A DNA stretch of 64,000 nucleotides from an uncultured Candidatus Saccharibacteria bacterium (GTDB taxonomy: Bacteria > Patescibacteriota > Minisyncoccia > Phycocordibacterales > Zambryskibacteraceae), in NCBI GenBank assembly GCA_964348525.1, contig CAYGCY010000002.1, positions 9,726-73,725 of the forward strand, read 5' to 3'. Every line of letters starts with the position of its first letter. The first letter of the stretch is position 1. The notes under the pieces are model-generated. The model had not been told where the DNA came from. It was given only the letters and a program-made list of their open reading frames with translations, and searched no databases. The position numbers and the translations under genes were made by a program. Below, piece after piece: positions 57,576 to 64,000 of the stretch.

Positions 57576-59630
57576 TATAATTTTCTTTTTTCTTTTTGGT
57601 TTTTCTGCTTTTTCCTGTGCACGCATTTTTTCGTAAAGCTGTCGTATCTCGTCCCTTAGTATCGCTGCGGTTTCAAAATCGAGAATTTTTACTGCCCCAT
57701 TCATTTGTCTCTCTTTTTCTGCTATTAGTTTTTTAGGATTTTTTATAAATTGAGCTTCATCTATCTTCATCAAATCTCCCACAGCTTGTCCATGTTCACG
57801 CTGTAAAGTATCTGTAATATCATGAATGGCTTTCATGATTGTTTTAGGAGTAATGCCGTGCTTTGTGTTGTACGCAAGCTGGATGGCGCGTCTGCGATTT
57901 GTTTCCCCTATTGCACGCTCTAATGAGCCTGTCATTTTATCGGCATATACAAAAACTTTTCCGTCCACATTTCTAGCGGCACGACCGATTATTTGAATGA
58001 GTGCGGTTTCTGAACGTAAGAAGCCTTCTTTATCCGCATCTAAAATTCCAATAAATGTAACCTCTGGCAAATCCAAACCCTCGCGAAGCAAATTCACGCC
58101 CACCAAACAATCAAAAGCTCCTTTTCTAAACTCTGTCAAAATTTCAATTCTCTCAATTGTTTTAATATCACTATGCAAATATTTTGCCTTCACTCCCCTC
58201 TCTGTTAAATATTCAGCCAAATCTTCTGCCATTTTTTTCGTTAGTGTTGTAGCAATCACACGCCCCTTTTTTTCAATCATTGAAACGGCTTCATCAATAA
58301 AATCTTTTATCTGGCCCCCATAATTCCCCTTTGGAGTAACAGGGCGCACTGTTATTTCAGGATCAATAAGTCCTGTGGGGCGAATTACCTGCTCTACTAT
58401 CGCCTCTGATTCTTTTTTCTCATAAGGCCCCGGCGTTGCGGATGTATAAAGCGTCTGCCCCACTCTCTCTAAAAATTCCTCATATTTAAGGGGGCGATTA
58501 TCCTTTGCACTAGGCAATCTAAAGCCGTGTTCTACCAAAGTATTTTTTCGACTTTGGTCGCCTGCATACATACCATTTAACTGTGGCACTGTTACATGCG
58601 ATTCATCAATTACTGTAAGAAACTGCGGTTTGCCGTTTTTGTCTTTTGGAAAATATGAGAGGAGCGAGTCTGGTGGCACGCCTTCATCACGACCGTCAAA
58701 ATGACGGGAATAATTTTCAATACCGTTTACATATCCAATCTCACGAATCAGCGCGAGGTCGTATGTAGTACGACGCTTCAATCTTTCAGCTTCAAGAAGT
58801 TTTCCTTCTGCTTCAAATTTTGTAAGTTGAATATCTAATTCTTTTTTAATTTTTACTAATGCTTTTTCAGCTGCGCCTTCGCCTGCTATATAGTGCTTTG
58901 CCGGAAATAAAAAATATGTCTCTAGTGTCCCCAAAAGAGAGCGCGAAGTGGCGTCGTATTTTGTAATTTCATAAATCACCCCGCTCTCAAAACCCACTCG
59001 GTAAATAACTTTTTCTGAAACAGGCATTATTTCAAATGCATTGCCGACTACTCTAAATTGACCAGCAGATAAATCACCATTAGTGCGCGAGTAATGAATG
59101 TTAATCAACTTGCGAATAAAATCAGTGCGGTTCTCTTTTTGCCCAACTGCAATTTTTAGATGCACTTTTTCATACTCAACTGGAGAGCCTAGTCCATAAA
59201 TACAAGACACGCTGGCCACTATAATGACATCTTTACGAGTCAGAAGTGCTTGAGTGGACGCATGACGCAAGCGATCAATTTCCGCATTTATTTGTGCTTC
59301 TTTTTCTATATAAGTGTCAGTCACAGGAACATACGCTTCTGGCTGATAGTAGTCATAGTAGGAAACAAAATAATGCACTGCATTTTCTGGAAAAAATTCA
59401 CGATATTCCTGTGCGAGCTGGGCTGCAAGGGTTTTGTTGTGTGCAATGACGAGCGTGGGCATCCCTAAATTTTGAATAATATTTGCTACTGTGAATGTTT
59501 TTCCAGAGCCTGTCACGCCCAAAAGGGTTTGTTTGCCTAGACCTTTTTTGAACCCATCTGTAAGGGCCTCAATCGCCTTCGGCTGGTCTCCCGCCGGAGA
59601 GTATCCGCTTTTAAGTTTGAACATAGTCAC
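57573..59630 (-). CDS. uvrB: Excinuclease ABC subunit B
   Basis: Helicase motifs GVTGSGKT and DESH. Likely true start at ATG 59624 (MFKLKSGYSPAGDQP). Confidence 0.95.
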   Translation of the reverse strand: MTMFKLKSGYSPAGDQPKAIEALTDGFKKGLGKQTLLGVTGSGKTFTVANIIQNLGMPTLVIAHNKTLAAQLAQEYREFFPENAVHYFVSYYDYYQPEAYVPVTDTYIEKEAQINAEIDRLRHASTQALLTRKDVIIVASVSCIYGLGSPVEYEKVHLKIAVGQKENRTDFIRKLINIHYSRTNGDLSAGQFRVVGNAFEIMPVSEKVIYRVGFESGVIYEITKYDATSRSLLGTLETYFLFPAKHYIAGEGAAEKALVKIKKELDIQLTKFEAEGKLLEAERLKRRTTYDLALIREIGYVNGIENYSRHFDGRDEGVPPDSLLSYFPKDKNGKPQFLTVIDESHVTVPQLNGMYAGDQSRKNTLVEHGFRLPSAKDNRPLKYEEFLERVGQTLYTSATPGPYEKKESEAIVEQVIRPTGLIDPEITVRPVTPKGNYGGQIKDFIDEAVSMIEKKGRVIATTLTKKMAEDLAEYLTERGVKAKYLHSDIKTIERIEILTEFRKGAFDCLVGVNLLREGLDLPEVTFIGILDADKEGFLRSETALIQIIGRAARNVDGKVFVYADKMTGSLERAIGETNRRRAIQLAYNTKHGITPKTIMKAIHDITDTLQREHGQAVGDLMKIDEAQFIKNPKKLIAEKERQMNGAVKILDFETAAILRDEIRQLYEKMRAQEKAEKPKRKKKII

Positions 59631-59648
59631 TCGAATGTATATTACACA

Positions 59649-59676
59649 AACAAAAGCCCGCGCAAAGCGCGGGCCA
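59649..59676 (-). terminator. Hairpin + T-run immediately upstream of the uvrB start (tgt terminator / attenuator)
   Basis: gcccgcgcaaagcgcgggc with T-run on the minus strand, only about 16 nt before the uvrB ATG. Confidence 0.6.
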
Positions 59677-59828
59677 ATATCACTAACTCCATAAGGAGAT
59701 TATTTTCTCTGTCCTGGGGCCAAATACTCCCCAGGACTGGCTCCGTGAAATCCCCGTTCTTACCGAGCCCTCGGAACGGTTAAGCCCGCAAAACCGAACT
59801 GCATCAGAACGCGAGCTTCGCTACTATA

Positions 59829-61028
59829 TCATCGACTTAAATATTTATCCAAAAAAGAATTTTTTAATTCTTCAAATTTGTCCTCCAAAATTGCTTGTCT
59901 GATTTGCTCCATTAGACTAGTAATAAATCTCACATTATGGGTAGTCCCGAGAATTGGCCCGAGCATCTCATCGCTTCTGTATAAATGATTCAAATAGCTT
60001 TTAGTAAAATTTTTGCAAACAGAGCAATCGCATTCTTCGTCAAGTGTTGAAAAGTCATTCTTGTATTCAGCATTTTTTATATTTATTTTCCCTGTGTGGG
60101 TATACAAAGTGCCCGACCTACCATTTCTAGTGGGAGCCACGCAGTCAAAAGTATCTACCCCATTTTCTACACCTAAAAATAAATCCTCTGGTTCGCCAAT
60201 CCCTAAAAGATGCTTTGGCTTGTCTTCCGGCAATTCTTCATTAACCCATCTCACGGCGTTGTGTAAATCGTTTTTATCAAAAGAGCCCCCGATGCCGAAA
60301 CCATCAAAATTTAGACTGGATAAATATTTTGCGCTTTTCCTACGCAATTCTTCATCACGCCCCCCTTGTATCACACCAAAAAGTGCTTGAGCTTGGCTTG
60401 TCTGCGCCTCATTGTGATAATCAAGGGATCTTCGGGCCCATGCGTGCGTGCGCAGAAGAGCTTCTTCTTGGTACTTCCTATCCTCAGTTGGCGAGGTACA
60501 CTCATCAAAAGCAAAAATAATATCGGCGCCAATTGCGTGCTGAATTTCAATTGATTTTTCTGGAGTGAAATAGTGAATTGAGCCGTCTAAATGTGATTTA
60601 AAAGACACCCCATCAGCACCTATTTTTGCAAGAGGTATGACAGGGTCTGAAATAGCTCTCTCCGGAATCATTTTGGAAGGGTCTTTTTCAGCTATAACTT
60701 TTGAAATGCCTTTTCCGAATGCTGTGCCAAGAGAAAAAACCTGGAAACCACCGGAGTCTGTCATGGTGGGCCCGTCATAGCCCATGAATTTATTTAATCC
60801 TCCTGCTGTTTTTATTATTTCAATACCCGGTTGTAAATATAAGTGATAGGCATTAGCCAATACTGACTGAATTCCGAGATTTTCAAATTGGTCTGGCAAA
60901 ATTCCTTTTACCGTAGCTTTAGTTCCCACAGCAATAAATGCAGGCGTTTTGATGTCGCCGTGAGGCGTACTCAAAACGCCTGCTCTTCCTAATTTTCCTG
61001 TTATTTTTTTCTCAATCTTAAATTTCAT
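59829..61028 (-). CDS. tgt: Queuine tRNA-ribosyltransferase
   Basis: TIM-barrel TGT. Zinc site CDCSVCKNFTKSYLNHL. Confidence 0.9.
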   Translation of the reverse strand: MKFKIEKKITGKLGRAGVLSTPHGDIKTPAFIAVGTKATVKGILPDQFENLGIQSVLANAYHLYLQPGIEIIKTAGGLNKFMGYDGPTMTDSGGFQVFSLGTAFGKGISKVIAEKDPSKMIPERAISDPVIPLAKIGADGVSFKSHLDGSIHYFTPEKSIEIQHAIGADIIFAFDECTSPTEDRKYQEEALLRTHAWARRSLDYHNEAQTSQAQALFGVIQGGRDEELRRKSAKYLSSLNFDGFGIGGSFDKNDLHNAVRWVNEELPEDKPKHLLGIGEPEDLFLGVENGVDTFDCVAPTRNGRSGTLYTHTGKINIKNAEYKNDFSTLDEECDCSVCKNFTKSYLNHLYRSDEMLGPILGTTHNVRFITSLMEQIRQAILEDKFEELKNSFLDKYLSR

Positions 61029-61077
61029 TTATGTAACACTATCAGAAATTATTGTTTAGATTCTATAATCAAATATT

Positions 61078-61106
61078 TGACATCATGCAATAAATTTTAT
61101 ATAAAC
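61078..61106 (+). promoter_or_regulatory. Consensus-like sigma70 promoter (TTGACA, 17 nt, TATAAA)
   Basis: ttgaca at 61078-61083, tataaa at 61101-61106. SD AGGAG before ATG 61147. Confidence 0.5.
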
Positions 61107-61146
61107 AACAAAGAGTACCTATCAACTAGAATAGGAGTGCCAAACA

Positions 61147-61302
61147 ATGAGACCTTTCTGTTTAGCAATGGCCTTGGCTATGGCCTTTTCAGTAGTTGTG
61201 TTCACCGACCCACTTAAATCAACTGGAACACTTGCTGGTGGCCTCGCTGGCATAATTTATGCTGTGCTCTATGTTGGTATAGCCATCAAAGAAAAGAAGT
61301 AG
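61147..61302 (+). CDS. Small two-TM peptide (51 aa)
   Basis: MRPFCLAMALAMAFSVVVFTDPLKSTGTLAGGLAGIIYAVLYVGIAIKEKK, with own promoter, SD and terminator. Confidence 0.35.
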   Translation: MRPFCLAMALAMAFSVVVFTDPLKSTGTLAGGLAGIIYAVLYVGIAIKEKK

Positions 61303-61318
61303 CCCAAACCGCACACAT

Positions 61319-61362
61319 GAGCGCCACGTGATACATCACGTGGCGCTTTTCGTTTGTTTTTT
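61319..61362 (+). terminator. Hairpin + long T-run terminator
   Basis: agcgccacgtgatacatcacgtggcgcttttcgtttgtttttt. Confidence 0.8.
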
Positions 61363-61377
61363 CTCCTACCGCTTCCA

Positions 61378-61449
61378 ATTAAGTAAATTAAAAGGCTCGT
61401 TTAGGAGCGAGGTTTATCTCTCCGTGACGAGCCTTTTAATTTACTTAAT
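61378..61449. repeat. Hairpin element copy 2: 23-bp perfect stem with the conserved 26-nt apical loop
   Basis: attaagtaaattaaaaggctcgt / acgagccttttaatttacttaat. Loop ttaggagcgaggtttatctctccgtg, about 90% identical to the loop at 33347-33372. Confidence 0.5.
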
Positions 61450-61455
61450 ACTGTC

Positions 61456-62022
61456 TTATTTTACTTTCACCAATTCCACCTCAAACAAAAGTGTTGAGTT
61501 TGGAGGAATGCTTCCTGCTTGTTGGTCACCATACCCAAGCTTTGGAGGAATAACTATCTTTCTTACAGAACCTTCCTTCATTCCAGTCACGCCTATATCA
61601 AATCCCTGTATTACTTTTCCCGAACCAATAGTGAAAACTAACGGCTCACCGCGCACTCTCGATGAGTCAAATTTGGTGCCATTTGTCAGCACTCCCTCAT
61701 AGTGCACAGCAACGGTATCACCGGCTCGTGCTTCCCTACCTGTGCCTACCTTTACATCTATAATACCTACCTGATTATCTGGAATGTTTTGAATGTTTTC
61801 TATATTGTCTGTGCTCATATTTGGTTGGTTACTTTCTTCTGTAGTTGGTAATGCGAAATTAATGCTTGAAGTATTCTGCGTGGCATCACTTACAGGCTGT
61901 TTTGCCTGAATCTCTGAAAACCTGCTAACTATAGGAGACCAAACTCCCTGCCAAAAAACATAACCAATAACTACTAAAGAAACTGATATAGCAACCCAAG
62001 TGCGTGAATGTATATTTTGCAT
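61456..62022 (-). CDS. FKBP-type peptidyl-prolyl cis-trans isomerase, membrane-anchored
   Basis: N-terminal TM. FKBP domain VAVHYEGVLTNGTKFDSS...LLFEVELVKV. Confidence 0.85.
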   Translation of the reverse strand: MQNIHSRTWVAISVSLVVIGYVFWQGVWSPIVSRFSEIQAKQPVSDATQNTSSINFALPTTEESNQPNMSTDNIENIQNIPDNQVGIIDVKVGTGREARAGDTVAVHYEGVLTNGTKFDSSRVRGEPLVFTIGSGKVIQGFDIGVTGMKEGSVRKIVIPPKLGYGDQQAGSIPPNSTLLFEVELVKVK

Positions 62023-62106
62023 GTGAATATTCTAACCCAAGACTTTTTATTTTCTAATGTGGCTGTGAATTGCTCTACCTTCACTTTCACATATATACTA
62101 TGAAGA

Positions 62107-62823
62107 ATGAAAGACGACACAAAAGATTTGCTTACTCTGAAAGAGATGCATGAAAACTCTCAGGCGAGAGTGGAAGAGATTTCAAAAGAATTTACAGATG
62201 GGTTTAAGTTTTTGGAACATTTTGGAAGAAGCGTGAGTTTTTTCGGTTCTGCTCGCACTAAAGAGAATTTTGTTGATTATCAAACCGCAAGAAATCTGGC
62301 TAGCAAAATAGCCAAGGATTTGGGGTATGCGGTAATTACAGGGGGAGGCCCCGGAATAATGGAGGCGGCTAATAGGGGTGCAAAAGAAGCTGGAGGAAAA
62401 TCAGTTGGCCTTACCATAAGACTTCCACAAGCTCAGACTACCAATCCTTATCTAACTCACCACTTAGATTTTTATTACTTTTTTGCAAGAAAAGTGTGTC
62501 TCACTTTTGCTTCTGAGGCTTTCGTATTTTTCCCAGGAGGCTACGGAACACTCGACGAGCTTTTTGAAGTGCTAACACTCATACAATCTAGAAAAATTGA
62601 AGGCGTTCCTGTATTTTTGATAGGAAGCGACTACTGGAAAGACATCGACGCTCATATAAAAAGCTCCCTGCTAGGAAAACAAATGATTGATGCGGAGGAT
62701 GTTTCCATATACACAATCACGGATGACTTGGACGAAATAGTGAGAACCATAAGAGGGTTAAAGGTGCGTGAGTGGCTTCCTTTTGACCACAACGGAGGGT
62801 TGCCAAATGTGAGTCAGGAATAA
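62107..62823 (+). CDS. LOG-family protein (cytokinin riboside 5'-monophosphate phosphoribohydrolase-like)
   Basis: GGGPGIMEAANRGA and PGGYGTLDELFEVL motifs. Confidence 0.85.
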   Translation: MKDDTKDLLTLKEMHENSQARVEEISKEFTDGFKFLEHFGRSVSFFGSARTKENFVDYQTARNLASKIAKDLGYAVITGGGPGIMEAANRGAKEAGGKSVGLTIRLPQAQTTNPYLTHHLDFYYFFARKVCLTFASEAFVFFPGGYGTLDELFEVLTLIQSRKIEGVPVFLIGSDYWKDIDAHIKSSLLGKQMIDAEDVSIYTITDDLDEIVRTIRGLKVREWLPFDHNGGLPNVSQE

Positions 62824-62834
62824 ACAGACAAATG

Positions 62835-62870
62835 AAATGGCTGGTCGCGCGTAGCGCGACCAGCCATTTT
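62835..62870. terminator. Perfect hairpin bidirectional terminator
   Basis: aaatggctggtcgcgcgtagcgcgaccagccatttt. Confidence 0.85.
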
Positions 62871-62876
62871 CCCTTC

Positions 62877-63500
62877 TTACCCTACAAAGACATCGTCATG
62901 CCCCATCAAGGTGGTGAGGCCCGTGGGCATCTTCGGAGTGGCGGAACGATCACCGACACGACGGACAGTGAACCCCGTCCTGTGCCAAGTGATAATTCTT
63001 CCCTCGTCAGAATGTGAGCCTGCAGGCTTCACGGTAATCGAATCACCGATTCGCATGATTTGCAGAATTTCCTCCACCTCGAACTCGTGCCCGTTAATCT
63101 TCTGACGAGCAAGACCTTTGAGGAGAGGCCTCTGCACTTTCTCCGAGCGCCTGATTGGCGCGTGTCGGAAAAACGAGCCGCCCTTCTTGTCATTCAAAGG
63201 CACAATCCCGTTTGGGTTGGCACTCGAAACGAGGAGAAGGGCTCGACGTTCATGCATTTCAGGAACTTCGAGAACAACCGTGTGGTCGTCGAGCTTCCTT
63301 GCAGAAGCCTCAATGACCATGTCGTTTTCCATCGTGGGAGAACTCTCGGTGCTCACAACAAGCCTCGCCGGCTGATCGCCAGGCTTCACGCTGTAGTCAC
63401 CAAGCACTCGCTCGAAGCGGGTTACCTTAATGCCGTACACCACTTCCCCGACCTCGTGACCAGCTGGGTCATGCTTGAGGCAAAAACTAAAACAGAGCAA
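62877..63500 (-). CDS. Hypothetical protein, GC-rich, start uncertain (TTG at 63500 or internal Met at 63332)
   Basis: 207-aa ORF with protein-like composition (D/E/K/G/V-rich). The opposite-strand 158-aa ORF looks like an antisense artefact. No motif recognised. Confidence 0.35.
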   Translation of the reverse strand: MLCFSFCLKHDPAGHEVGEVVYGIKVTRFERVLGDYSVKPGDQPARLVVSTESSPTMENDMVIEASARKLDDHTVVLEVPEMHERRALLLVSSANPNGIVPLNDKKGGSFFRHAPIRRSEKVQRPLLKGLARQKINGHEFEVEEILQIMRIGDSITVKPAGSHSDEGRIITWHRTGFTVRRVGDRSATPKMPTGLTTLMGHDDVFVG

Positions 63501-63616
63501 ACCTTACTCCTTTTCCTGTGGGTTTTGAAGGATTGAAATGTTCAATCCATTTGGGAGTATAACATAATTTTAAAGTTATGTAAATTAGATAATTTTATGT
63601 TATATTAGAGCCATAT

Positions 63617-64000
63617 TATGAAGAAATTAGTAAATATTTTAGACAAAATAGAAGACAAGGTTCGTGGAACGCTTTCTCGCCATCCCCTCATATATGCGCT
63701 CGCTGGGGCTGTCGGTATAGTCATGCTATGGAGAGGTATTTGGCACACTGCAGATGAGATACCATTCTTAAGCGGGCCCGTTTCTATTGTGATAGGCCTA
63801 ACTATTCTTTTGATTACAGGAATTTTCGTATCCTCTTTCGTGGGCAACAGGCTCATACTTACAGGTCTTCGGGGTGAGAAAAAATTTACAGACAAAACCA
63901 TAGAAGAAATAGAAGACGAAGAAAAGGAAATAGAAAGAGACGAACGAAAAATTGAAAAGACCCTAGAAAAAATCCAGCAAGATATTAGTGAAATAAAAAA
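63617..64000 (+). CDS. Hypothetical membrane protein, partial (continues beyond the window)
   Basis: MKKLVNILDKIEDKVRGTLSRHPLIYALAGAVGIVMLWRG..., two TM helices then a charged coiled-coil-like tail. No stop before the window end. Confidence 0.45.

Noticed and set aside
1-64000. CRISPR arrays, transposases, integrases, prophage structural genes
   Set aside because: No regular short direct repeats with spacers and no recognisable transposase or integrase ORFs. The GC-rich cassettes lack obvious flanking direct repeats.

Overview
The window looks like a streamlined, AT-rich (about 35-40% GC) bacterial genome. Gene content and domain losses suggest a Candidate Phyla Radiation / Patescibacteria-like organism; that is an inference. 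It is dominated by core housekeeping genes. These include a partial dnaB, cysS, a ctpA-like S41 protease, rplI, rpmA, an FtsX-like permease / ABC ATPase / HlyD adaptor triad, and a VKOR-DsbA disulfide module. A long minus-strand cell-wall operon follows (mraY-ftsW-murG-gltX-M23 peptidase), then a D-Ala-D-Ala carboxypeptidase, scpB, scpA, aspS, trpS, grpE-dnaK-dnaJ and the ribosomal alpha-operon block (infA-rpmJ-rpsM-rpsK-rpsD-rpoA-rplQ-rplM-rpsI). Further along are alaS, udg, a DnaQ-like exonuclease, an ATP-cone/Mrr-like protein, mnmA, mltG, leuS, ychF, an EamA transporter, an IMPase-family enzyme, tyrS with tRNA-Tyr, a SWIB protein, a tRNA-Ala cluster, ddl, uvrC, uvrA, uvrB, tgt, an FKBP PPIase and a LOG-family protein. 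No CRISPR array, transposase or integrase was seen. The most striking feature is compositional. At least a dozen short GC-rich (about 48-55% GC) cassettes sit at junctions between AT-rich core genes. Each carries its own strong SD and/or consensus promoter, a small ORF (often Cys-rich zinc-ribbon-like, or a short TM peptide) and a GC-rich intrinsic terminator. One about 2.9 kb GC-rich island encodes tyrS, tRNA-Tyr, a P-loop kinase and two small ORFs. Other notable signals: a 20-bp near-perfect palindrome immediately upstream of grpE that is not CIRCE or HAIR; a two-copy hairpin element family with a conserved 26-nt apical loop, in the alaS leader and downstream of the FKBP gene; a tRNA-Ala cluster with two tandem degenerate tRNA-like repeats; and a 770-bp AT-rich gene-free gap. 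All calls rest on reading the sequence and on family motifs. No database searches were run.
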